NCBI GenBank assembly: GCA_964036045.1
Contig: OZ038378.1
Location: 171,244,001 to 171,308,000 of the forward strand
Direction: 5' to 3'
Source: Eutreptiella sp. 'Long Island Sound 2002'
Lineage: Eukaryota; Protista; Euglenida
Length of the DNA stretch: 64,000 nt
In this document: in pieces, positions 1 to 14,021 of the stretch
Layout of the letters: each line of letters starts with the position of its first letter
Numbering within the stretch: the stretch's first letter is position 1
The notes under the pieces: generated by a model
Seen by the model: only the letters and a program-made list of their open reading frames with translations
Database searches by the model: none
What the model was told of the DNA's origin: nothing
Made by a program: the position numbers and the translations under genes

Positions 1-3000
1 ATCCCATTGCCTTACATAAAATTACACCACATCATATCACAATTACGCCACGTTACGTTACGTTACACGTTACAATACATCACTTTTGCATTTACATTTA
101 GGTTACATTACACTACACTACACTACATTACATTACATGATAGTACAGTACATTACATTACATTACATTACATTACATTACATTTCATGACACTAAATTA
201 CATTACATTACATTACATTACATTACAGTACATTACATTACATTACAGTACATTACATTACAGTACATTACATTACATTACATGACATTACATTACATTG
301 CATTGCATTGCATTGCATTGCATTGCATTACATTACATTACATTACATTACATTACATTACATTACATCACATTGCGGTACATTACATTACATTACATTA
401 CATTACATTACATTACATTACATTACATTACATTACATTACATTACATTACATTACATTACATTACATTACATTACATTACATTACATTACATTACATTA
501 CATTACATTACATTGCATTACATTTCATTTCATTACACTAAATTACATTGCAATACGTCACATTTCATGACACTAAATTACATGACCTCACCTTACGTTA
601 CCTTACCTTACCTCACCTTACGTTACCTTACCTTACCTTACCTTACCTTACCTTACCTTACCTTACCTTACCTTACCTTACCTTACCTTACCTTACCTTA
701 CCTTACCTTACCTTACCTTACCTTACCTTACCTTACCTTACCTTACCTTACCTGACCTTACCTTACCTTACCTTACCTTACATCACATCACATTGCATTA
801 CATTACATTACATTACATTACATTACATTACATTACATTACATTACATTACATTACATTACATTACTTTACATTACATTACATTACATTACATTGCATTA
901 CATTACATTACATTACATTACATTACATTTCATTACACTAAATTACATTGCAATACATCCCAGTTCATTACACTAAATCACATTACACTACATTACATTA
1001 CATTACCTGACCTTACCTTAGCTTACCTTACCTTAACTTACCTTACCTTACCTTACTTTACCTTACCCTACATCACATTACATTACATTACATTACATTA
1101 CATTACATTACATTACATTACATTACATTACATTACATTTCATTACACTAAATTACATTGCAATACATCACAGTTCATTACACTAAATCACATTACACTA
1201 CATTACATTACATTACCTGACCTTACCTTAGCTTACCTTACCTTAACTTACCTTACCTTACCTTACTTTACCTTACCTTACATCACATTACATTGCATTA
1301 CATTAGATTGCATTACATTACATTACATTGCATTGCATTACATTACATTACATTACATTACATTACATTACATTACATTACATTACATTACATTACATTA
1401 CATTACATTACATTACATTACATTGCATTACATTACATTACATTACATTACATTACATTACATTACATTACATCACATTACATTACATTACATTACATTA
1501 CATTACAATACATTACATTACATGACATTACACTACATTGCATTGAATGACATGACGTCTCATTGCATTAAATTACGTCACGTCGCATCGTGTCACGTCA
1601 CATCACAATGTGTTACATCCCATTGCCTTACATAAAATTACACCACATCATATCACAATTACGCCACGTTACGTTACGTTACACGTTACGATACATCACT
1701 TTTGCATTTACATTTAGGTTACATTACACTACACTACACTACATTACATTACATGATAGTACAGTACATTACATTACATTACATTACATTACATTACATT
1801 TCATGACACTAAATTACATTACATTACATTACATTACATTACAGTACATTACATTACATTACAGTACATTACATTACAGTACATTACATTACATTACATT
1901 ACATTACATTACATTACATTGCATTGCATTGCATTGCATTGCATTACATTACATTACATTACATTACATTACATTACATTACATTACATTACATCACATT
2001 TCAGTACATTACATTACATTACATTACATTACATTACATTACATTACATTACATTACATTACATTACATTACATTACATTACATTACATTACATTACATT
2101 ACATTACATTAGATTACATTACATTACATTACATTACATTACATTACATTACATTACATTACATTACATTACATTACATTACATTACATTGCATTACATT
2201 TCATTTCATTACACTAAATTACATTGCAATACGTCACATTTCATGACACTAAATTACATGACCTCACCTTACCTTACCTTACCTTACCTTACCTTACCTT
2301 ACCTTACCTTACCTTATCTTACCTTACCTTACCTTACCTTACCTTACCTTACCTTACCTTACCTTACCTTACCTTACCTTACCTTACCTTACCTTACCTT
2401 ACCTTACCTTACCTTACCTGACCTTACCTTACCTTACCTTACCTTACATCGCATCGCATTGCATTGCATTACATTACATTACATTACATTACATTACATT
2501 ACATTACATTACATTACATTACATTGCATTACATTACATTACATTACATTACATTACATTACATTACATTACATTACATTACATTACATTACATTACATT
2601 ACATTACATTACATTACATTACATTTCATTACACTAAATTACATTACATTACATTACATTACATTACATTACATTACATTACATTACATTACATTACATT
2701 ACATTACATTACATTACATTACAATACATTACATTACAATACATTACATTACATGACATTACACTACATTGCATTGAATGACATGACGTCTCATTGCATT
2801 AAATTACGTCACGTCGCATCGTGTCACGTCACATCACAATGTGTTACATCCCATTGCCTTACATAAAATTACACCACATCATATCACAATTAGGCCACGT
2901 TACGTTACGTTACACGTTACAATACATCACTTTTGCATTTACATTTAGGTTACATTACACTACACTACACTACACTACTTTACATTACATTATAGTACAG

Positions 3001-6000
3001 TACAGTACATTACATTACATTACATTACATTACATTTCATGACACTAAATTACATTACATTACATTACATTACATTACATTACAGTACATTACATTACAG
3101 TACATTACATTACAGTACATTACATTACAGTACATTACATTACATTACATTACATTACATTACATTACATTGCATTGCATTGCATTGCATTGCATTGCAT
3201 TGCATTGCATTGCATTGCATTGCATTGCATTACATTACATTACATTACATTACATTACATTACATTACATTACATTACATTACATTACATTACATTACAT
3301 TAGATTACATTACATTACATTACATTACATTACACTACATTGCATTGAATGACATGACGTCTCATTGCATTAAATTACATTGCATTACATTTCATTTCAT
3401 TACGGTAAGTTACATTGCAATACGTCACATTTCTTGACACTAAATTACATTACCTCACCTTACCTTACCTTACCTTACCTTACCTTACCTTACCTTACCT
3501 TACCTTACCTTACCTTACCTTACCTTACCTTACCTTACCTTACCTTACCTTACCTTACCTTACCTTACCTTACCTTACCTTACCTTACCTTACCTTACCT
3601 GACCTTACCTTACCTTACCTTACATCACATTGCATTGCATTACATTACATTACATTACATTACATTACATTACATTACATTACATTAGATTACATTACAT
3701 TACATTACATTACATTACATTACATTACATTACATTACATTACATTACATTACATCACATCACATCACATCACATCACATCACATCACATCACGTCATAT
3801 TACACGACATTACATTATATTGCATTGCAATACATGTAATGTTACATTACATTACATTACATTACATTACATTGCATTACATTACATTACACTACATTAC
3901 ATTACATTACATTACATTACATTACATTACATTACATTACATCACATTACATTACATTACATTACATTACAATACATTACATTACATGACATCACACTAC
4001 ATTGCATTGAATGACATGACGTCTCATTGCATTAAATTACGTCACGTCACGTCGTGTCACGTCACATCACAATGTATTACATCCCATTGCCTTACATAAA
4101 ATTACACCACATCATATCACAATTACGCCACGTTACGTTACGTTACACGTTACAATACATCACTTTTGCATTTACATTTAGGTTACATTACACTACACTA
4201 CACTACATTACATTACATGATAGTACAGTACATTACATTACATTACATTACATTACATTACATTTCATGACACTAAATTACATTACATTACATTACATTA
4301 CATTACAGTACATTACATTACATTACAGTACATTACATTACAGTACATTACATTACATTACATGACATTACATTACATTGCATTGCATTGCATTGCATTG
4401 CATTGCATTACATTACATTACATTACATTACATTACATTACATTACATCACATTGCGGTACATTACATTACATTACATTACATTACATTACATTACATTA
4501 CATTACATTACATTACATTACATTACATTACATTACATTACATTACATTACATTACATTACATTACATTACATTACATTACATTACATTACATTACATTG
4601 CATTACATTTCATTTCATTACACTAAATTACATTGCAATACGTCACATTTCATGACACTAAATTACATGACCTCACCTTACGTTACCTTACCTTACCTCA
4701 CCTTACGTTACCTTACCTTACCTTACCTTACCTTACCTTACCTTACCTTACCTTACCTTACCTTACCTTACCTTACCTTACCTTACCTTACCTTACCTTA
4801 CCTTACCTTACCTTACCTTACCTTACCTTACCTTACCTTACCTTACCTTACCTTACCTTACCTTACCTTACCTTACCTTACCTTACCTTACCTTACCTTA
4901 CCTTACCTTACCTTACCTTACCTTACCTTACCTGACCTTACCTTACCTTACCTTACATCACATTGCATTGCATTACATTACATTACATTACATTACATTA
5001 CATTACATTACATTACATTACATTAGATTACATTACATTACATTACATTACATTACATTACATTACATTACATTACATTACATTACATTACATCACATCA
5101 CATCACATCACATCACATCACATCACATCACGTCATATTACACGACATTACATTATATTGCATTGCAATACATGTAATGTTACATTACATTACATTACAT
5201 TACATTACATTGCATTACATTACATTACACTACATTACATTACATTACATTACATTACATTACATTACATTACATTACATTACATCACATTACATTACAT
5301 TACATTACATTACAATACATTACATTACATGACATCACACTACATTGCATTGAATGACATGACGTCTCATTGCATTAAATTACGTCACGTCACGTCGTGT
5401 CACGTCACATCACAATGTATTACATCCCATTGCCTTACATAAAATTACACCACATCATATCACAATTACGCCACGTTACGTTACGTTACACGTTACAATA
5501 CATCACTTTTGCATTTACATTTAGGTTACATTACACTACACTACACTACATTACATTACATGATAGTACAGTACATTACATTACATTACATTACATTACA
5601 TTACATTTCATGACACTAAATTACATTACATTACATTACATTACATTACAGTACATTACATTACATTACAGTACATTACATTACAGTACATTACATTACA
5701 TTACATGACATTACATTACATTGCATTGCATTGCATTGCATTGCATTGCATTACATTACATTACATTACATTACATTACATTACATTACATCACATTGCG
5801 GTACATTACATTACATTACATTACATTACATTACATTACATTACATTACATTACATTACATTACATTACATTACATTACATTACATTACATTACATTACA
5901 TTACATTACATTACATTACATTACATTACATTACATTGCATTACATTTCATTTCATTACACTAAATTACATTGCAATACGTCACATTTCATGACACTAAA

Positions 6001-8990
6001 TTACATGACCTCACCTTACGTTACCTTACCTTACCTCACCTTACGTTACCTTACCTTACCTTACCTTACCTTACCTTACCTTACCTTACCTTACCTTACC
6101 TTACCTTACCTTACCTTACCTTACCTTACCTTACCTTACCTTACCTTACCTTACCTTACCTTACCTTACCTTACCTGACCTTACCTTACCTTACCTTACC
6201 TTACATCACATCACATTGCATTACATTACATTACATTACATTACATTACATTACATTACATTACATTACATTACATTACATTACATTACTTTACATTACA
6301 TTACATTACATTACATTGCATTACATTACATTACATTACATTACATTACATTTCATTACACTAAATTACATTGCAATACATCCCAGTTCATTACACTAAA
6401 TCACATTACACTACATTACATTACATTACCTGACCTTACCTTAGCTTACCTTACCTTAACTTACCTTACCTTACCTTACTTTACCTTACCCTACATCACA
6501 TTACATTACATTACATTACATTACATTACATTACATTACATTACATTACATTACATTACATTTCATTACACTAAATTACATTGCAATACATCACAGTTCA
6601 TTACACTAAATCACATTACACTACATTACATTACATTACCTGACCTTACCTTAGCTTACCTTACCTTAACTTACCTTACCTTACCTTACTTTACCTTACC
6701 TTACATCACATTACATTGCATTACATTAGATTGCATTACATTACATTACATTGCATTGCATTACATTACATTACATTACATTACATTACATTACATTACA
6801 TTACATTACATTACATTACATTACATTACATTACATTACATTACATTACATTGCATTACATTACATTACATTACATTACATTACATTACATTACATTACA
6901 TCACATTACATTACATTACATTACATTACATTACAATACATTACATTACATGACATTACACTACATTGCATTGAATGACATGACGTCTCATTGCATTAAA
7001 TTACGTCACGTCGCATCGTGTCACGTCACATCACAATGTGTTACATCCCATTGCCTTACATAAAATTACACCACATCATATCACAATTACGCCACGTTAC
7101 GTTACGTTACACGTTACGATACATCACTTTTGCATTTACATTTAGGTTACATTACACTACACTACACTACATTACATTACATGATAGTACAGTACATTAC
7201 ATTACATTACATTACATTACATTACATTTCATGACACTAAATTACATTACATTACATTACATTACATTACAGTACATTACATTACATTACAGTACATTAC
7301 ATTACAGTACATTACATTACATTACATTACATTACATTACATTACATTGCATTGCATTGCATTGCATTGCATTACATTACATTACATTACATTACATTAC
7401 ATTACATTACATTACATCACATTTCAGTACATTACATTACATTACATTACATTACATTACATTACATTACATTACATTACATTACATTACATTACATTAC
7501 ATTACATTACATTACATTACATTACATTACATTAGATTACATTACATTACATTACATTACATTACATTACATTACATTACATTACATTACATTACATTAC
7601 ATTACATTACATTGCATTACATTTCATTTCATTACACTAAATTACATTGCAATACGTCACATTTCATGACACTAAATTACATGACCTCACCTTACCTTAC
7701 CTTACCTTACCTTACCTTACCTTACCTTACCTTACCTTATCTTACCTTACCTTACCTTACCTTACCTTACCTTACCTTACCTTACCTTACCTTACCTTAC
7801 CTTACCTTACCTTACCTTACCTTACCTTACCTTACCTTACCTGACCTTACCTTACCTTACCTTACCTTACATCGCATCGCATTGCATTGCATTACATTAC
7901 ATTACATTACATTACATTACATTACATTACATTACATTACATTACATTGCATTACATTACATTACATTACATTACATTACATTACATTACATTACATTAC
8001 ATTACATTACATTACATTACATTACATTACATTACATTACATTTCATTACACTAAATTACATTGCAATACATCCCAGTTCATTACACTAAATCACATTAC
8101 ACTACATTACATTACATTACCTGACCTTACCTTAGCTTACCTTACCTTAACTTACCTTACCTTACCTTAGTTTACCTTACCCTACATCACATTACATTGC
8201 ATTACATTGCATTGCATTACATTACAGTGCATTACATTGCATTGCATTACATTACATTACATTACATTACATTACATTACATTACATTACATTACATTAC
8301 ATTACATTACATTACATTACATTGCATTACATTGCATTGCATTACATTACATTACATTACATTACATTACATTACATTACATTACATTACATTACATTAC
8401 ATTACATTACATTACATTACATTACATTACATTACATTACATTACAGTACATTACATTACATTACATAACATAACATAACATTACATTACATTACATTAC
8501 ATTACATTACATTACATTACATTGCATTTCATTACATTTCATTACACTAAATTACATTACACTACATTACCTTACCTTACCTTACCTTACCTTACCTTAC
8601 CTTACCTTACCTTACCTTACCTTACCTTACCTTACCTTACCTTACCTTACCTTACCTTACCTTACTTTACCTTACCTTACCTTACCTTACCTTACCTTAC
8701 CTTACCTTACCTTACCTTACCTTACCTTACCTTACCTTACCTTACATCACATTACATTACATTACATTACATTACATTACATTGCATTGCATTACATTAC
8801 ATTACATTACATTACATTACATTACAGGGCATGGCATTGCATTGAATTGTATTACATTGCATCATATGTCATTGCGAAACATTACACAGTAAGACATCAC
8901 CTTGCGTTACACTGTGTTACATTACACTACATCACAGTTGCAATTTTAATATGCTTACATTCTTGCGTTTATTATTACTTATGCTTGCAT
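1..8990 (+). repeat. Intronic pentanucleotide satellite (ACATT with GCATT, ACCTT, ACGTT, ACAGT, ACATC variants) in 1.2-1.6-kb modules and a ~5.42-kb higher-order duplication
   Basis: Read directly. The landmark ATCCCATTGCCTTACATAAAATTACACC starts at 1, 1617, 2848, 4081, 5424 and 7045; ORF-track starts repeat at a +5423 offset. Confidence 0.97.
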
Positions 8991-9039
8991 TCCACTGATG
9001 TTGTGTGATGCAATGTAAAAATATCATGTAATGTAGTGT

Positions 9040-9810
9040 GGTGTGACGTAATGTAATGTAATCTAAGGTAATGTAATGCAATACAATGCAATGTAGTGTA
9101 ATGTAAATTAAAATGCAAATGTGAATGCAAATATAAATGTAAATGTAAATGCGAATATAAATGCAAATGCAAATGCCGATGTGATGTGATGTAATGTAAG
9201 GTAACTTAACGCAAGATAACGTAACACAACGCAACGTAACACAACGCAACGTAACATAGCCCAGTGTACTGTACTGTACTGTACTGTACTGTACTGTACT
9301 GTACTGTACTGTACTGTACTGTACTGTACTGTACTGTACTGTACTGTACTGTACTGTACTGTACTGTATTGTACTGTACTGTACTGTACTGTACTGTACT
9401 GTACTGTACTGTACTGTACTGTACTGTACTGTACTGTACTGTACTGTACTGTACTGTACTGTACTGTACTGTACTGTACTGTCATGTAACGTAATGCAAT
9501 GCATTGGAATGCAATGCAATGTGATGTAATGCAAGATAATGTATTGCATTGTAACGTAATGTAACGGAATGTTACGTATCATAATGGAACATATCGTAAT
9601 GTAATGTCGTATCATTCAATGCAATGTAGTGTAGTGTAATGTAATGTAATGTATTGTTGTAATGTAATTGCAAGGATTGCAATGCAATGCAATGCAATGT
9701 AATGTCATGTCATGTCATGTCATGTAATGACATGGAATGTTATGTTATGTTATGTTATGTTATGTGATGTAATGTTTTGTAACATATTGTCATGCCATGT
9801 CATGTCATGT
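9040..9810 (-). repeat. Same pentamer family in inverted orientation (AATGT-like), including a near-pure (GTACT)n block at ~9265-9482
   Basis: Reverse complement of the ACATT/ACAGT variants seen at 1-8900. Confidence 0.93.
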
Positions 9811-9844
9811 AATAAGGTGCCCTACACCCTGCCCCGCCCCACAC

Positions 9845-10117
9845 CTGCCCCTGGCCCATGCTGATGGCAGAGATCCGCTTCTTGCGCTTCTTGGCCAGTG
9901 CCTCGATGGTGGCCGTGGGATCTGATCCTTGGGACAGCAGGAATATCACAGGCATAGTGCAGCTGCACTCCTCGACGACGGCACCAAGGTCAAGCTGCTG
10001 CGCCTCAGAGTACTGGGGTCCAAGGGTCGTTTTGATGTAGTCGATGGCCGAAAGTAGCGTGCGGTCCTCACGGAAGCAGCGCACCAGCAACAGGCGCTCG
10101 AAGGCGTCGAGGCGGTC
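9845..10117 (-). CDS. DNAH5: Dynein heavy chain exon (last in window), AAA6 N-part: DRLDAFERLLLVR...LLSQGSDPT...ISMGQGQ
   Basis: Acceptor TCGCAG|GAC, donor CAG|GTGTGG; 273 nt, phase 0-0. Confidence 0.96.
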
Positions 10118-10165
10118 CTGCGAGGGAGATAATTGTGTACTTCCCGTGAGCTTTGCACTTCCACT

Positions 10166-10225
10166 CACATTGCATTACATTACATAACATAACATGACAT
10201 GACATTACACTACATTACATTACAA
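10166..10225 (+). repeat. Short ACATT-family island on the other side of exon 9845-10117
   Basis: cacattgcattacattacataacataacatgacatgacattacactacattacattac. Confidence 0.9.
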
Positions 10226-12329
10226 CACAAGTATGGGGGGTGCTACAACACTACAATTGGATTGTAAGAGGAGGACCTCATGTTGTGCCCGGCCCCCAAA
10301 AACGGGGGACAATTGGGAACCATGACAACCGCCATTGTGCTCAACTGGTTTCTGGCTCACGGAGGTAAAAGAGCAGCACTGCAGTGGAGCATGGATTCCC
10401 GTTCCCTCTGCACAACAAAGCATCTCATGGTCACCCGCTGTTTGTTCCATTACCATGTTGTTCATTTGACAAAAACTTAGGCTTCCGTACACCCAGGATG
10501 TGTCATCAGGCAGTGTTCCTGCCAGGTGCCACCCAGGGATAATTCTGAAACTTCAAAAGGACCCATTTGGGCCACGCTCAGGTGGTCACGGCCTTAATCA
10601 TCCACATCACCTTTTCAAAATGGGCCACTTTCAAGACATTTTAGACAGTTGCTCACTCGGGCATGTGTTCACAGCGCACAAAAATGTAACCATTGTAAAA
10701 TTGTAAATCGTTAAAACATCGTTGTTGACCATTGTTCAACCCCCAGGTATCCTCATAATCAGCCATATATTGGGACTGAGCTGGTGCCAAAAGGGTCTTC
10801 ACAATGCACTACCAGAAAAATGCGCAAATCACCCTGCACCTTAAAGGCTGCGGGAGGAGCCAAAACAGGTGGAAAGTGGACCAAAAACACTTCTTTTGGC
10901 TTCTTTGGAAATCCCAGATTCCTAATTGGAAAACACACCAACCATGGAGCCCTGCTAAGCAGCATGCACCCTTAACCATGGAGCTATCGATCAGACTGAC
11001 TGTCTATCTTGGCGTAGGCAACATGTTGATCAAACTCACTCCAGTGCAATGCAAAAATGCAGCCCTTATTTGGAGGCTGTTGATTGAGTTCCCTGCCCTA
11101 CACACGGGAGTGCTGCATGTCAAAATGGACAGCATATGGGCTACAAACAAATGTGTCGGCTTCCCAAGTAGCCCATTCTGGATATGGGAAACCATCATTT
11201 GTGACCAATTTCAGTGCGAAAACAAACCAAAGCATTTTGGGAGGGTATCCAAAAGATTGTGGGGGACTACAATAGGATGGTAAAAACTGTGTACTTGAGC
11301 AATGAATAGCCACTGTTTGTCATGTCCCGATAATGTGGGCAATGTGCACACGACACCTTGGAAACTCCTCAAATTTCAAAATGGGCAGACTTGTTGTGCT
11401 AGGATCGCTTTTCAGAAAACGGAACCTGGACCCCCTTTTACAAGACATAGAATTTGGCTATGGTGCTTGGATGCTGCCCAGATTTTGGCGGATTATGCCT
11501 GACAGCATGAAGTTGAATCACAAAAAGTTTTCCGCAAAAACTAGCCGTCTACGGGTCACAAGTGGAGGTGATGGGTAACCTGGGTTTTCGAATTCAAGTC
11601 TGTGAGAGGCACGTGGCGGGTGTCGTATGCATTCAAACCCACCTGCATGACCAAAAACACACTTTTCCTCACTGTTGGTAGACCACTTGCACAACACATA
11701 CACCTTTCAATACAATTTTGGCAATCAATGGTGGTGCATTGCATGCATGCCAGGGTAGGGTTACATGGGTCATGCAGTTGCAAATGGGTTCAAAATCATT
11801 TTCTCCAAAAGTGATCTGGATCCACTAATAACAACAGTGTTTTTAGGCCATGGACAGCCACTGCTGGCATGGTTGTGGGCGGTTCCCAAGATGTAATAAT
11901 TAGCACTGTTTCGAACCGAAAATAGATTCAAAATGAATTTTGGCAAAACGCAGCATGGACCAATGAGGAAGCCAATACAAGGGTTTTCAACCCATTTCCT
12001 GTGTGTCTTGACCAGGGGCTTGTGATTTGTGCACATTGTGCACATTTCATTGTGACCACCCTTGCTTCACCACCTCACTCCCAATATGCAATTTTGGTTC
12101 GGGCGGTCACTTACAGTCAACAATGATGTTTTCCAAAACTGATTGCGGGCTTCGAGGAGGGCAAAAATAGTGGCTTGGAGCCATGAACAGCCACTGTCGG
12201 CATCGTACTATCCCTTTGCTTGCTGCTTCCTTCTTATTGCATGCTTGGTATTGTTAGAACCCACTGTTCTACCCAGACCCTAAAAGGGGTTGTGAATCTT
12301 GCAAGCTTGGTCCACTCGGTTATCCTATC

Positions 12330-12560
12330 CTAGCATGCGCACTGCGGCTCCTGCTGGGCAGCACATACAGCTTACATACATTAGCAGGCCGAGGCATAGG
12401 CAAACCTGCGATGCACAGGCACGGGTACATATACAGGCGCGCGTCGGCACGTGTACAGGGCACTTGCATGCACACAGGGTCCACGCGCAGGCACCGGCAC
12501 GGGCGCATGCATAAGCATCTGCACAGGCACACGCATGCGCACAGGCACGGGCATAGGCAT
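12330..12560. repeat. Degenerate GCACAG/GCACGG/GCATGC-type low-complexity repeat next to an exon donor
   Basis: Short-period repeats such as gcacaggcac, gcacgggcat and gcatgcgc. Confidence 0.6.
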
Positions 12561-12581
12561 GGTGCAGTGGTGGGGCGATAC

Positions 12582-12972
12582 GTCGATGTCGGGGATCTTC
12601 GTATGCTCTGGGGACTCCTGGTCCCACCAATGCTTCCACATCTGGTCATTGCGCTGGATGAAATCTGGCAGATTGCGGAACGTCTTCACGGACTCTGCCA
12701 ACGCCACAAGGTTCAGCCACGCTCGGTCTGGGATCCACTGGAAGGGCTTGGGGCGGCAATCCGACATGTTTAGGGCAGCCCCTCCCTTGAGGAGAGTCTG
12801 GAAGCTCTGGTGGCTCAGGGTGCCAGTGCGCATCTCAATCTTGCAGGCCATGAGTAGCACGAACATGAGCTTGTGCTCCTCAAACAGCCCGCGCCCCAAA
12901 TACTGGAACACGACGTACGTTGCGCAGTCGATGATGGCCTGGATGCGCTTGGACGTGAGCTGATGCCGTTCG
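12582..12972 (-). CDS. DNAH5: Dynein heavy chain exon, AAA5-AAA6 linker: ERHQLTSKRI...RGLFEEHKL...KGGAAL...WLNLV...IPDID
   Basis: Acceptor ACACAG|C, donor GAC|GTATCG; 391 nt, phase 2-0. Confidence 0.96.
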
Positions 12973-13656
12973 CTGTGTGAGAGCGGGCAGGTCATGTGCA
13001 GGAAAAATCGCGCAAACAGCGATTTCGCCCCTTTTCAAAAGGCACAGCCACCCCTCAGCGGGGCTGCTAGGAGCAAAGCTTGTCTGTTTGCGTCGTACCA
13101 TAGTTGTACCGTTGGATTTCAGCAGAAAAAAGGGCGCGAGGTCTTGTCTGGAGCGTTGCTCTGCATACACATGAAGCCGATTTCAGGACTCATGGGGGGG
13201 GGGGGGGGGCTTCTCCAATTTTTGGATGTTGTGCACTTTGGTCAAAATTCGATAAGGCTGAAAAAAGGGGGTAGCTTGGCCGTTTTGGCCACGCTCTTAA
13301 CAGAGGTTGGAAAAAGGGAGTACTTTATGTGCCAAAAGAAAAACGTCCACAAAATGGCGAATGTTCCCGACACCGTTGTGGCTGCATAAGATGTCCCCGT
13401 GCTTCACCTGGACATGTGCGGCAACAGTGCAGTGAAGGGTAGAAGGCGTGCAGCCCTTCAATTTGGGTGGTCGGGTACAGAGGCTGCGTGCGGCCATGAG
13501 CCTGTCTAATGAATGTGTTGTTGGCAACAACCTTTGGGGGGCACAGGCAGAACGACAGGAGCAATACTTCGGGTCTAGATGTGGATGTAGTTCAATTATG
13601 GCAGAATCCAGTTAGTATCCCGCAACATCCCCCTCCTGGAAGCAGAGGCCCAAGAC

Positions 13657-14021
13657 CTGCGGTCTATGCCGTTGTCATACAAGATCAGGAACTGGTTCAG
13701 GCTGGTCTGGTACATGGGATTGACCAACGACATCTCCACCACCAAAAAGTACAGGACGGACCCACGGATGGCCACAGGTCGGTACTCCTCTCGTGCGGAG
13801 TTGATGCGCTTGCGCGTCTCCACGGCGATACTCAGCTTCTCCTTGATCTCGGTGGACGCCTTTTTGGCATCGGCCAACGTGTCGATCAGCTCCTCGTCAT
13901 CGATGAGGTTGCCTTTGGACGCGCTGAGGCACGCCAAAAGCTTGTCCTCATAGAATTTGAGCCGCTTCTCGTTGTTGTTCACTTCCTCTACAAGTTTGGC
14001 CCGCTCCTCCTCCAGCTCGGC
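13657..14021 (-). CDS. DNAH5: Dynein heavy chain exon, AAA5 strut/buttress: AELEEER...GNLIDDEELI...YRPVAIRGSVLYFL...YQTSL
   Basis: Acceptor GCATAG|GCC, donor AG|GTCTTG; 365 nt, phase 0-2. Confidence 0.96.

Noticed and set aside
1-9615. Long ORFs encoding HYITL/PYLTL/VQYST repeats
   Set aside because: Automatic products of a stop-free 5-bp repeat, open in several frames at once, and lying inside an intron.
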